DNA of 64,000 nucleotides. Origin: an uncultured delta proteobacterium. GTDB taxonomy: Bacteria; Myxococcota_A; Polyangia; Haliangiales; Haliangiaceae. Each line of letters starts with the position of its first letter. Position 1 is the first letter of the stretch. The stretch is from positions 1,152,001 through 1,216,000 of the forward strand of contig CAWKDB010000002.1 in assembly GCA_963848295.1 (NCBI GenBank). The letters are read 5' to 3'. The translations under genes were made by a program, and so were the position numbers. Shown piece by piece: positions 48,011 through 58,500 of this stretch. The notes beneath the pieces are model-generated. The model did not search any database. It was not told where the DNA came from and saw only the letters and a program-made list of their open reading frames with translations.

Positions 48011-49513
48011 CTACGGCGTGGTCGGCAGCCGCCGCATCGAGTGCGTCATCAGCCTCGGCGCCGTCGCCGCTGAGCCACTCCCTGCCGTCGAGCCCGCACT
48101 GCCACGTCCCGCGTTGCCGCTTCCCGCGCTCGCACTGCTGCCGCCGCCGGCGCTCTCGTTGCTCCCGCTGCCTTCGTCCGCCGGGAGCTCGGGCTTCGGC
48201 ACGATCGAGCCGGTCTGATCCGCGAACACGATCGTCAGCATGCGATCGAGCGCATGAAAGTCGTTGTACGTGATCCGGTTCCAGCTCGACACGCTCGCTT
48301 CGCCGCCGCCGGTGCGCGTGTCACCGCGCACGACGTTCATCCGCCAGCGGTCGCCGACCTCCGGGGGCAGGCGCACTTTCATATTGTCGTCGCGCCCCTT
48401 GACCGCTCCCCACGGGATCGCGATCTCGGCGTCCCAGCCCTGATCGGTATCTCCCGCTTTATCGGCCGTGCCCCGCACCTTGACGGCGGTGATCATGCCT
48501 GACTCCCAGCTCGTGTCGCCTGGCGTGGCGCGCGTCTGCGGCCACCACTTGTCGAACGTCGCGTTGTTCGGGTTGACCTGGAGCTCGATGTAGCCGCGGC
48601 GATTGCTGTCGGCGTCGATGAAGATCTCGATGACGTCGGACTTCCACAGCGGATCGTCGTGGTTCTTGTACGGGCTGTAGATGTCGTTGTCGATGACCTG
48701 GACCGACAGGTAGAGATACTTGTCGTCCCACGTCATGCGCGCGCTCGCCTTGCCGACCGGCTCGGGGCTGCCTTCACCCGTGGCGAAGTTGGGCGACGGG
48801 CTAATACCCGCCCAACCCGGATCGTTCGCGACACCATCGATCGTGATCGGGCCTCTCGCACGGGAGACGTAGACGGTGCCGAGCGGTGGCGGCGCCTTCG
48901 ACAGATCGACCGGGAGCTCGCGGGTGATCGCGCGGTCGACGACGCCAGGTCCGCTCGCCGCCATCCGATCGCCGAGCTGGTGGCCGTCAACCTGGATCAG
49001 GCCGACGTAGATCGTCGCCGTCGCCGAGTGCCAGTCGGGACGAAGGATGAAGGTTTGCGGATCGGAGATGATCTCCCCGGCTCGCCAGGTCGCGGGGCCG
49101 TGACCGATCTCCATGTCGGTCGCATCGAGGTTCATGAAGTCCGCCGTATTCGGCATGCCGCGGATCAGCGTGAACACGCGCCATCCGGGGCCCGGCGGCT
49201 TGGTGACCTTCCAGTAGTGCGTGATCTTCGCGGCCTGGCCGGGGATGAGCGTCGGCTTGTCGATGGCGCTACCGAGGTAGACGACGCCATCGCCGAGCTT
49301 GACGTCCACGTGCTCGAGCCCCTCCGGCGGCGCGGCCAAGAGATTCTCGCGAATGAAGGCAGGCTCGATCTTCTTGCCCTGCGGACCCGCGCCTTGGTCG
49401 GCGGCGCAGGCCGCGGCGCACGCGAGCGCGAGCACGAGGGTGGCGCGCCCGAAGGCCGGGACCTGTGCCCGGCCTCCAGCACTGCCGAATGGCAGTGCGG
49501 TTAGATCGTTCAT
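48011..49513 (-). CDS. Lipoprotein with CBM9-like (DOMON-like) sugar-binding domain
   Basis: ITIDG..W, WDDKYLY, DVIEIFID, WDAEIAIPW and GDRWRMN motifs. Confidence 0.85.
   Translation of the reverse strand: MNDLTALPFGSAGGRAQVPAFGRATLVLALACAAACAADQGAGPQGKKIEPAFIRENLLAAPPEGLEHVDVKLGDGVVYLGSAIDKPTLIPGQAAKITHYWKVTKPPGPGWRVFTLIRGMPNTADFMNLDATDMEIGHGPATWRAGEIISDPQTFILRPDWHSATATIYVGLIQVDGHQLGDRMAASGPGVVDRAITRELPVDLSKAPPPLGTVYVSRARGPITIDGVANDPGWAGISPSPNFATGEGSPEPVGKASARMTWDDKYLYLSVQVIDNDIYSPYKNHDDPLWKSDVIEIFIDADSNRRGYIELQVNPNNATFDKWWPQTRATPGDTSWESGMITAVKVRGTADKAGDTDQGWDAEIAIPWGAVKGRDDNMKVRLPPEVGDRWRMNVVRGDTRTGGGEASVSSWNRITYNDFHALDRMLTIVFADQTGSIVPKPELPADEGSGSNESAGGGSSASAGSGNAGRGSAGSTAGSGSAATAPRLMTHSMRRLPTTP
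49451..49508. repeat. Intragenic two-hairpin palindromic element, copy A
   Basis: GAAGGCCGGG-acctgtg-CCCGGCCTCC-a-GCACTGCC-gaat-GGCAGTGC-ggttagatcg. Confidence 0.75.
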
Positions 49514-49534
49514 CCCCGTGGTGATACCACGCCG

Positions 49535-50623
49535 CTACTGCGCGGTGCCGGCGGCGTAGTCCGTCGCGATCGCCGATTCGACCTTCGCGAGCTCGGTCTG
49601 GGTGGAGAAGATCACGCCGAGCTCGCGGTTGTAACCGAGCGAGCCCGCCGAGAAGTTCTCCGAGCCGACGAACCCTGATTTGCAGCTCGTCCCGGCGCAA
49701 TCGATCACGATCGCCTTCGCATGGATGTACGGGCTCGACATCGTGCCACCCGACGAATCCGGCCCCGACATCACGACCTTGCCGCCCGCGTTCTTGACCA
49801 GGTTGATCGCCTGGGTCTGGGACGACGACAGCGGCAGATCATTTGCGATCACGACCCGGACCTTGACCCCGCGATTGGCCGCATTCGCCACCGCGTCGAC
49901 CACCCCGTTCTGATTCGTGTCGCTGAACTCTTCGACTTCGACGTCGAGCGTCGTCGTCGCCTCGTCGATCAACGCGACCAGCTTGCTGCGCGCGTTCGTG
50001 TCGGCCACGACGAGATCGCCCGACGGCGTGATCGTCTGCATCGCGTGATCGGCTTTGAACACCGCCGTCGCTTCGGTGACATCGGCGGCGTCGGTGTCGA
50101 GCGCGAGGTACTCGCGGTTCGAGTCCGGCGGGGACTCGTTGAGGTTCATCGTCATGATCCACGCCGATGTCGCGTCGATGATCAGCGTCTTCTCGTGGGT
50201 GTACGTGAACGTCGGGTTCGACCATACGACGTTGACCCCGCCCGAGTGCAGCGCGTTGTAAGCCGGCGTGTTCCACGTCTTGCACGTCGACGAGCTGTCG
50301 AGGATCGCCTCGACGTCGAGGCCGCGCCCCTTCGCGGCGACGAGCGCTGCGGTGATGTCGGTGTTGTCGATCTGATACATCGTCATGTAGACCGACATCG
50401 TCGCCGCTTGGATCGCGTTCATGATCTCGTCGGCGTGATCGTTCGCGGGCTCGACCGTGATCTTGATGCTCTCGGTCGGCATGATCATGACATCACTGCC
50501 CGGGCCGCCGTCATGGCCGCCCCCGCCACCGCCGCCACCACCGTCGGGATTGTTGCCCCCGGGCGCGCTGCAGGCTGCGAGCGCGAGCAAGAACGGGGCG
50601 AGGGACGTACAGATGGCTCGCAT
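49535..50623 (-). CDS. Phospholipase D family lipoprotein
   Basis: Two HKD motifs (HEKTLIID and HAKAIVID...GSEN); LAAC lipobox. Confidence 0.92.
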   Translation of the reverse strand: MRAICTSLAPFLLALAACSAPGGNNPDGGGGGGGGGHDGGPGSDVMIMPTESIKITVEPANDHADEIMNAIQAATMSVYMTMYQIDNTDITAALVAAKGRGLDVEAILDSSSTCKTWNTPAYNALHSGGVNVVWSNPTFTYTHEKTLIIDATSAWIMTMNLNESPPDSNREYLALDTDAADVTEATAVFKADHAMQTITPSGDLVVADTNARSKLVALIDEATTTLDVEVEEFSDTNQNGVVDAVANAANRGVKVRVVIANDLPLSSSQTQAINLVKNAGGKVVMSGPDSSGGTMSSPYIHAKAIVIDCAGTSCKSGFVGSENFSAGSLGYNRELGVIFSTQTELAKVESAIATDYAAGTAQ

Positions 50624-50714
50624 CGGCCGGGAAAGTACCGCGACCAAATCGTAACGGGGCCGTTATTTTTGGCCTCGACCGATCGCGAGATTTCAGCCTG
50701 TTGCGGCGAGAGGC

Positions 50715-51452
50715 TCAGCGGCCCGGGTCGAAACGGGTCACCTGGCGCAGGAAGTTGGCATCGAGGTACTCGCGTTTGATGACCTCGGCCATCTCCTCCG
50801 CGGTCGCGAACCGCTCGTAGTCGATCCGGATCACCGGGATCACCTTCGAGATGTTCGCCACGAAGTCCTGGTAGCCGTCGTACAGCGCGCGCAGGTAACC
50901 GAGCTCGATCTTCGATTCGATATCGCGGCTGCGGCTGCGGATCCGCTCGGCGCTCGCCTCGGGCGACACGTCGAGGAACACGATCACGCTCGGCTTGCAC
51001 ATGAAGTTGCTCATGTTGCGAAACAACTGGACGTACGTCCGGTAGTCGCGCTCGTCCATCAGCCCGGTGTGCGCGAGCATCTTCGCGAAGATCGAATCTT
51101 CGTAGATCGTGCGGTCCTGCACTGCCGACCGACCGCGCCAGATGATCTCTTGATGTTGCTGGAACCGGCGGTTCAGCAGATACACCTGCATCGCGAACGA
51201 GTAGCGTGGGGTATCGCGATAGAAGTCCGCGAGGTACTCGTTGTCGGCGACCGGCTCGTAATACGTGTCGATACCGAGGTGCTGACCGAGCGCGGTCGCG
51301 AGCGTCGACTTGCCGGCGCCGATCATCCCGGCGATGCCGATGAAGATGTTGCCGAGGACGTCCGGTGCACCTCGCCCCAAGGTCGGGCCCGATCCTTCGG
51401 CGGCGGGAAGCGGCGCGGGCTTGGCGTGGGGCGTTTCGACTTGAGTCAACAC
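50715..51452 (-). CDS. Deoxynucleoside kinase
   Basis: GMIGAGKST, YEPV, QVYLLNRRFQQ, DRTIYEDSIFA and RIRSRSR motifs. Confidence 0.93.
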   Translation of the reverse strand: MLTQVETPHAKPAPLPAAEGSGPTLGRGAPDVLGNIFIGIAGMIGAGKSTLATALGQHLGIDTYYEPVADNEYLADFYRDTPRYSFAMQVYLLNRRFQQHQEIIWRGRSAVQDRTIYEDSIFAKMLAHTGLMDERDYRTYVQLFRNMSNFMCKPSVIVFLDVSPEASAERIRSRSRDIESKIELGYLRALYDGYQDFVANISKVIPVIRIDYERFATAEEMAEVIKREYLDANFLRQVTRFDPGR

Positions 51453-51494
51453 GCCCGAACCGTCGCAGATCCGTCTGACAGCGTATCGAAGTAC

Positions 51495-51671
51495 TTATCG
51501 CCGTCCCTTGAAGCCCATCATCCGCTGCATCTCGCTCTCGCCGGCTTCCGCGATCTCGCCGGCCTCGCGCGCGCGATCGGCGCAGTCGGCGCACAGCTTC
51601 TGCGCCTTGCCGGCGACCTTGACGGTGACCAGCTTGGCGACCTCGTCATTGCATTCCCGGCAGGTCGGCAT
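51495..51671 (-). CDS. 58-aa CxxC...CxxC zinc-ribbon-like protein (absent from the ORF track)
   Basis: My translation: MPTCRECNDEVAKLVTVKVAGKAQKLCADCADRAREAGEIAEAGESEMQRMMGFKGRR*; strong GC3 bias; TACCCT 6 nt before the ATG. Confidence 0.75.
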   Translation of the reverse strand: MPTCRECNDEVAKLVTVKVAGKAQKLCADCADRAREAGEIAEAGESEMQRMMGFKGRR

Positions 51672-51890
51672 CGTTCGAGGGTAACCTGACCTTCACGTCT
51701 TCTTCATCCGGGTCTGCAAACGTTAATCAATAGCCGCAGCACTATGGCCGGTATGCGTCCGCGGCCGGCACAGTCGGCGTGGCGGGCGTTCCTGGTCGGT
51801 GAGGCACAACGCCGCTCCCACCCCCAAGGTCAGAATTGCGCAAACTATGAGCCTCGTTAGACAATTACGAACGAACCTCGGTGCGATCTT

Positions 51891-51906
51891 TGGAACGGTC
51901 TCTGCT
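51891..51906 (+). promoter_or_regulatory. Putative sigma54 promoter of the efflux operon
   Basis: TGGAACGGTCTCTGCT (GG-N10-GC), preceded by an AT-richer upstream region. Confidence 0.55.
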
Positions 51907-51921
51907 TGGAGTGGCGGACTG

Positions 51922-53277
51922 ATGACGTCGAAGAGCTGGCTGCTCGCGCTGTCGACGGTGACCTGCGCGGGGATCGTTGCTCGACCGTGGGCTGCGCTCG
52001 CCGATGATGCGCTGCCACCGGTGCGCGCGCTGCTATCCGATCCGGGTCAGCTCGCGACCTGGCTGCGCGATCACGATCCGGCGACGTTCGCAGCGCGAGA
52101 GAAGGTCACGGCGCAGGCCGAGCTCGCCGAGCAATCGGCGGTGATTCCGAACCCGCAAGCGCAGCTCGGGGTCGGCGGTATCGTGCTCGGCACGAACCAC
52201 CAATTCGACATGAACGGCAACCCGATCACCGGGCCGTCGGCGCTGAACCAGACGACGAACGTCGCGGTCGGGGTCAGCGAGTTGATCGAGCTCGGTAAGC
52301 GCGGGCCGCGGCGCAACGCCGCCGATCTCCGAACCCGCGAAGCGGGCGAGAGCGCGGTCGGCACGCTCGGCGCGCGCGTCAACGGCGCGACGGCGACGCT
52401 CGGCAACCTCGCCTACCTCGCGGCGAAGCACGCGCTGCTCGCTCAGAATCTCGCGGACGGCCGCGCGCTGCAAGGGCACGAGCAAGATCGCCTGAAGAAG
52501 GGCTATCTGTCCGGCGCCGACTACGAGCGGATCGAGCTCGACACCGACGAGATCGAGCTCCAGGTCCACCGCGCGGAGACCGACGTCGCGGTCGCGCTGT
52601 CGACGTGCTCCGCCACGTTGTTCGCACCGTGCTCCGCCGCCGGACTCGATGTCGGCGCGCTCGATGCCGCGGCACCGATTCCCGCCGCGCTCGGCGACGC
52701 GGCGCGTGCGATCGCGGAACGCCCGGTCCATCGCGCGCAACAACTCGAGGCGTCCGCGCTCGGCTCCGACGCCCAGCTCGCGGACCACCGCAAGATCCCC
52801 GACCCGACCATCGGAGTGCAGTACACCTACGACAACTACCAGTACAGCGGCAGCGCTCCGCAGACGTTGGTCTTGTCACTCGGCATCCCGCTGCCGATCT
52901 TCGATCGCGGCAACCACGATGCCGCCGCGGCGCGCGCGAATGCCCGTTCGATCGCGGCGTCGGAGCAAGCGCTGATCCGCAACGAGCGCGGCCAGGTCGA
53001 GGGCCTGCTCGTCCAGCTCGCGACGCTGCGCTCGATCCTCGATACGCTCGAGAAGATCGAGGTGCCAAAATCGGCCGACGTCGTCGATCACGCGCACAAG
53101 TCGTTCGACCTCGGCGAGACCGGCCCGGCCGAGCTGCTCCTGGCCGAGCACCAGAATCGCGACCTCCTGCTCGAAGTGCTCGATACTCGCAACGACCTGT
53201 TCACGGTGCGCAGCCAGCTCCGGCTCGCACTCGGCCTCGACGACGAAGTGGCGCGCGCGATCGGGGCCAGGCGATGA
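51922..53277 (+). CDS. TolC/CzcC-type outer membrane efflux protein
   Basis: IPNPQ, ELGKRGPR and LGIPLPIFDRG motifs; first gene of the RND operon. Confidence 0.9.
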   Translation: MTSKSWLLALSTVTCAGIVARPWAALADDALPPVRALLSDPGQLATWLRDHDPATFAAREKVTAQAELAEQSAVIPNPQAQLGVGGIVLGTNHQFDMNGNPITGPSALNQTTNVAVGVSELIELGKRGPRRNAADLRTREAGESAVGTLGARVNGATATLGNLAYLAAKHALLAQNLADGRALQGHEQDRLKKGYLSGADYERIELDTDEIELQVHRAETDVAVALSTCSATLFAPCSAAGLDVGALDAAAPIPAALGDAARAIAERPVHRAQQLEASALGSDAQLADHRKIPDPTIGVQYTYDNYQYSGSAPQTLVLSLGIPLPIFDRGNHDAAAARANARSIAASEQALIRNERGQVEGLLVQLATLRSILDTLEKIEVPKSADVVDHAHKSFDLGETGPAELLLAEHQNRDLLLEVLDTRNDLFTVRSQLRLALGLDDEVARAIGARR

Positions 53278-54461
53278 CCGACCTGCCCTCCGCCCGCACC
53301 GGCAACGGCACGCGCGCGACGCGGATCGCGATCCTGCTCGGATCGATCGTCGTCGCCGCACTGTCGATGTTCGCCGCGACGCTCTACAAGCGCCCCGCGC
53401 CGCAGGTAGACCAGCCCGCGCCCGGCATGCACTTCGACAAGAAGGAGAACACGATCACCCTCGATAAGGGCGCGATGCAGTGGGCGGTGATCAAGACCGC
53501 GCTGCCCGACCCAGCCGAGCCACGCTGGACCGAGCCGTTGCCGGCGCGCGTGCTGTTCGACGAATCGCGAACCTCTCGGCTCGGCTCGCCGCTCGCCGGC
53601 CGGGTGAGCGCGGTCTATGCCGAACGCGGCACGCCGGTCAAAGCCGGCCAGCCGCTGTATACCGTGTCGAGCCCTGGCCTCGCCGAGCTGCGGTCGGCGG
53701 TCAAGCTCGCCCAGGTCGAGCGCGAGACCGCGCAGAAGAACCTGACGCGCACGCAAGACGCGGTCACCGCCCAGGTCGTGCCCGCCAAAGATCTGATCCA
53801 GGCGAAACAGGATCTCGCCGAGGCCGATCTCGCGCTGCGGGTCGCGCAGCAGAAGATGTCCTCGCTCAAGGTCGGGTCGAGCGGCGACAGCGCGACGTTC
53901 ACGGTCACCGCCCCGCGCGATGGCGTCGTCGTCGAGAAGACGATCAACGCGGGCCAGACCGTGTCTCCGGACTCCGGCTCGCTGATGGCGATCGCCGATC
54001 TATCGACCGTGTGGGTCGTGGCCGACATCACCGGGTCGCACATCGAGGACGCGAAACCAGGCGCCCGCGTTCGCGTCGTGATCGGCAACGGCGCGAGCAG
54101 CGATCGCGAGGCGGTCGTCGATCAGCTCTCCGAGGTCGTCGATCCCGATCGCCACGCCGTGCCGGTCCGGATCAAGCTCGATAACCCCGACGGCACGCTA
54201 CGGCCGAATGCATACGTCCAAGTCCGGCTGTTCGATCCGACGCGGACGGTCGGCATGTTGCCGGCGTCGGCCGTGATGTCCGATGGCGAGAAGAGCTTCG
54301 TCTACGTCGAGCAACCGACCGGCGTGCTCAAGCGCCGCGACGTCGAGGTCGGGTCGGTGATCGCCGGCCGAGTGCCCGTGACCTCGGGCATCACCGCGGC
54401 CGAACGGGTCGTGGTCCAGGGCGGGATCCTCATCGACAACCAGATCGATCTAGACAACTAA
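53274..54461 (+). CDS. RND periplasmic adaptor (CzcB/CusB-like) 1
   Basis: SPLAGRV, APRDGVV, IADLSTVWV and LRPNAY motifs. Confidence 0.92.
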   Translation: MTDLPSARTGNGTRATRIAILLGSIVVAALSMFAATLYKRPAPQVDQPAPGMHFDKKENTITLDKGAMQWAVIKTALPDPAEPRWTEPLPARVLFDESRTSRLGSPLAGRVSAVYAERGTPVKAGQPLYTVSSPGLAELRSAVKLAQVERETAQKNLTRTQDAVTAQVVPAKDLIQAKQDLAEADLALRVAQQKMSSLKVGSSGDSATFTVTAPRDGVVVEKTINAGQTVSPDSGSLMAIADLSTVWVVADITGSHIEDAKPGARVRVVIGNGASSDREAVVDQLSEVVDPDRHAVPVRIKLDNPDGTLRPNAYVQVRLFDPTRTVGMLPASAVMSDGEKSFVYVEQPTGVLKRRDVEVGSVIAGRVPVTSGITAAERVVVQGGILIDNQIDLDN

Positions 54462-55549
54462 TGCTGTACCGCACCCTAATGTTGATGACCGTGTGCGCCG
54501 CCTGCGGCCACAGCGCCGACGCGACCTCGACCGAGCCGCCGCCGCCGGTCAACAAGGTTCAGTACGATCTCGCGACCGTCGGCCAAGCGGCGCCGCATTG
54601 GACCGAGGACATCCCGGCGCGGATCATGTTCGACGAGACTCGAACGTCGCGCATCGGCGCTCCGCTCGGCGGCCGCGTGACGAGCGTCCTGGTCGAGCTC
54701 GGACAACGCGTCAAGACCGGGCAAGCGCTCGTCACGGTCACGAGCGGCGATCTCGCAGATCTCTATTCCGCGCGCGACAAGGCGAAGGTCGAGCTCGACT
54801 CGAAGCAGCTCACTTACAACAACGTGAAGGCACTGGTCGATCTCGGTTCGATGCCGAAGAAAGAGCTGGTGTCGGCCGAGCAAGATCTCAAGGAGGCGCA
54901 GGTCGCGCTGTCCACCGCGAGTCAGAAGATCGCATCGCTCAAGGTCGGTGCCGGTGGCGACACGGTGTTCACGATCAACGCGCCGCGCGATGGCGTGATC
55001 GTCGACAAGAACGTCGCGGTCGGCCAGCAGGTCGCACCGGACAACGGCGCCATCCTCGCGATCGCCGATCTGTCCGACGTCTGGGTCGTGACGGATCTTC
55101 TCGAGGACGCGGTCGACGACATCAAGGCCGGCAGCAAAGCGCGGGTCACCCTCGAGGGCCAGACCGCACCGCTCGACGGCGTCGTCGATCAAGTCGCCGC
55201 GATCGTCGATCCGGATCGCCACACCGTGCCGGTCCGGGTCAAGCTCCAGAATCCGTCCGGCGCGCTGCGACCGAACGCGCTCGCGCAGGTGCGGTTCTAC
55301 GAAGAGCAAGGCGGCCCGCTGTCGGTGCCCGCCGAGGCGCTGCTCAACGACGGCGCGACCGACTATGTCTACGTCGTCAAGAACGGCACGCCGAAGCGCC
55401 AGAACGTCGTCGCCGGTCCGCGCAACGCGAAGGTCGTGCCGATTCGCTCGGGGCTCGCCGCCGGCGATCAGGTCGTCGCGCGCGGCGCGGTGCTGCTCGA
55501 CAACCAGCTGCCGGCCGAGCAACGCGAGAACGCGGAGGACTCGCCATGA
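54461..55549 (+). CDS. RND periplasmic adaptor (CzcB/CusB-like) 2, lipoprotein
   Basis: Paralog of adaptor 1; CAAC lipobox. Confidence 0.92.
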   Translation: MLYRTLMLMTVCAACGHSADATSTEPPPPVNKVQYDLATVGQAAPHWTEDIPARIMFDETRTSRIGAPLGGRVTSVLVELGQRVKTGQALVTVTSGDLADLYSARDKAKVELDSKQLTYNNVKALVDLGSMPKKELVSAEQDLKEAQVALSTASQKIASLKVGAGGDTVFTINAPRDGVIVDKNVAVGQQVAPDNGAILAIADLSDVWVVTDLLEDAVDDIKAGSKARVTLEGQTAPLDGVVDQVAAIVDPDRHTVPVRVKLQNPSGALRPNALAQVRFYEEQGGPLSVPAEALLNDGATDYVYVVKNGTPKRQNVVAGPRNAKVVPIRSGLAAGDQVVARGAVLLDNQLPAEQRENAEDSP

Positions 55550-58500
55550 TCGACGCTCTGATCAACGCGTCGCTGCGGACACGCATGCTCGTGTTCATCG
55601 GCGCGATCACGATCGCGTTCCTCGGCTACTCGGCCTACAAGGACCTCACGATCGAGGCGTTCCCCGATCCGACCGATACCTCGGTCCAGGTCATCACGAT
55701 CTACCCCGGCCAGCCCGCCGAGGAAGTCGAGCGCCGGGTCTCGATCCCGCTCGAGCGCGCGCTCAACGGCGTACCCGGCACGATCCACCAGCGCTCGATC
55801 TCGCTGTTCGGCCTGTCGGTCGTCACGATGACGTTCGAGGATGGCGTCAACGTGCTCGACGCACGCCAGCAGATGTTCGAGCGCCTCGGCGATGCGAACC
55901 TGCCGCCCGACGCGAACGCCTCGCTCGGCCCGCTCGCGACCCCGATCGGCGAGGTCTACCGCTACACGCTCGAGAGCCCGGACTGCGATCCGATGACGCT
56001 GCGCACGATCGAAGAGTGGGTGATGGAGCCCGCCCTGTTGCGCGTGCCCGGCGTCGCGGACGTGACGTCGTACGGCGGCCTGGTCAAAGAGGTCCACGTC
56101 GAGCCCGATCCGGCGAAGGTGGCGGCGCTCGGGGTGGTGCTCGACGACGTGTTCCAGGCGCTGTCGAAGGGCTCGGACAACGCGTCCGGCGGCCTGGTCG
56201 AACGTGGCGAGCAAGGCTTCGTGATCCAGTCGAAGGGCACGTTGTTCACCGACGTCGAGCTCGCGTGCCATCCCGACAAGCCCAAGCACGACGGCCTCGA
56301 CGACATCGGCGAGGTCCGGGTCGGCTACCACAACAAGGTGCCGGTCAAGATCAAGGATGTCGCGAGCGTCGTCGTCGGGTACGCCCCGCGCCAGGGCGTC
56401 GTGTCACGCCAGACCAACATCGACACGGTCCAGGGCATCGTGCTGATGCGCAAGGGCGAGAACCCGTCGAAGGTGCTCGAGGGCCTGCGCGCGAAGGTCG
56501 CCGAGCTCCAAGCGCACTCGATGCCGAAGGGCGTCACGATCGTGCCGTTCTACGATCGCACCGAGCTCGTCGACACGACGCTCGACACCGTGTTCCACAA
56601 CCTCGCGCGAGGGTGCGCTCCTCGTGACGAGCGTGCTGTTCCTGTTCTTGCTGTCGGTGCGCGCGTCGCTCGTCGTCGCGATCGTCATCCCGCTCTCGCT
56701 CGCGGCGGCCTTCATCTACCTGCACGCGCGAGGGATGTCGGCAAACCTCTTGTCGATGGGCGCGGTCGACTTCGGGATCATCGTCGATGGCGCGGTGATC
56801 CTCGTCGAGCACGTATTCGAGCACGCCGCGGGGCCCGAATACCAAAGGCTGAACACCGAAGACCGCATCAAGCTGATCTACAAGTGCGCGCGTCAGGTCG
56901 CGCGACCGACGCTGTTCTCGCTGCTGATCATCGTCGCCGCGTACCTGCCGATCTTCGCGCTGCAGCGGGTCGAGGGCCGGATCTTCGCGCCGATGGCGCA
57001 CACCGTGGTCAGCGCGCTCGTCGGCGCGATGCTGGTCAGCTTTACGCTCGTGCCGGTGCTGTGCTTCTTCGCCCTGCGCCGCCACGGCAAGATCCGCACG
57101 TCGCCGGTGTTGAGGCTCGCGCGGCGGATCCACGACCCGGTGCTCAACGCGGCGATGCGCAACCCGCTCGCGGTCGCGATCGTGTGTACCGGCCTGCTCG
57201 TCGGTGGCTACGAGCTCGCGCCGCGGCTCGGCAGCGAGTTCTTGCCCGAGCTCAACGAAGGCTCGATCTACTGCACGTTCACGCTGCCGCCGACCGCGTC
57301 GCTCGCGGAAGGCCGCCTGCTCGCGCCGAAGATCGTCAAGCTGCTGCGCGGCGAGCCGCTCGAGGGCATGGATCCCAAGTGGTCAAGCCGCTGCCCGAAG
57401 TCACCGAGGTCTTGTCGCAGCTCGGTCGGCCCGAGGACGGCACCGACGCGAAGCTGTTCAACAACCTCGAGATCTTCATCAAGCTCAAGCCGATGAAGGA
57501 GTGGCGACCCGGCATCCATACGCTCGAGGACATCGAGGCGCTGCAGATCGACAACCTCAAGGCGATCCCCGGGATCGAATACAACTTCAGCCAGCCGATC
57601 CGCGACAACGTCAACGAGAACATCAGCGGGCAGCAGGGCCAGATCGCGATCAAGATCTACGGCGAAGACGTCACGAAGCTGCGCGAGCTGGCCGAGCAAG
57701 TCGTCAACGTCGATGCAAGAGGTGCCGGGCATCGTCGATGTCGGCATCGTCAAGGCAGCAGAGCAACCGGTGATCGCGGTGACGCCGGATCGCAAGGCGC
57801 TCGCGCGCTGGGACCAGGATCTCGGCAGCTTCCAGGACTTCATCGAGACCGCGCTGTCGGGTCACGCCGCATCGCGAGCTGCGCGAGGGCGAGAAGAAGT
57901 TCGACGTCACGGTGCGCTTTCCGCGCGCCGCGCGCGAGGATCTCTCGACGATCCGCGAGCTGCGCGTCCCGCTCAAGGACGGCTCGCTGTTGCCGGTGTC
58001 GGCGCTCGCGACCGTGGCGATGGCGCGCGGCCCGGCGGCGATCACCCGCGATAACGGCAAGCGCTACATCGGCGTGCGCACGAACATCCGCAACCGCGAC
58101 CTCGGCTCGGCGATCGCCGAGGCGCAGGCGCGCGTCGGGCAAGCAGGTCAAGTTCCCGACCGGCTACGAGATCACGTGGGGCGGCGAGTTCGAGAACCAG
58201 CAGCGCGCGATGAAGCGGCTCGCGCTCGTGTTGCCGCTGTCGATCGTGCTCACGTTCTTCCTGTTGTTCAGTGCGTTCGGTTCGGTGTGGGACGCGACCC
58301 TGATCATCCTCAACCTGCCGATCGCGCTGCTCGGCGGTCTCGTCGGCCTCGGCGCCGCGGCGATGACGCTTTCGGTCTCGGCGGCGGTCGGGTTCATCGC
58401 GCTGCTCGGCCAGGCCGTGCTCAACGGCGTGCTCGTCGTCTCCGCGATCCGCGCGCGGCGCGACCGCGGCGACGATCTATGGACCGCGACGATCGAAGGC

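Noticed and set aside
49535..50623. Phospholipase D gene as a defence nuclease
   Set aside because: It has a lipoprotein signal and two HKD motifs typical of secreted PLDs, with no defence neighbours.
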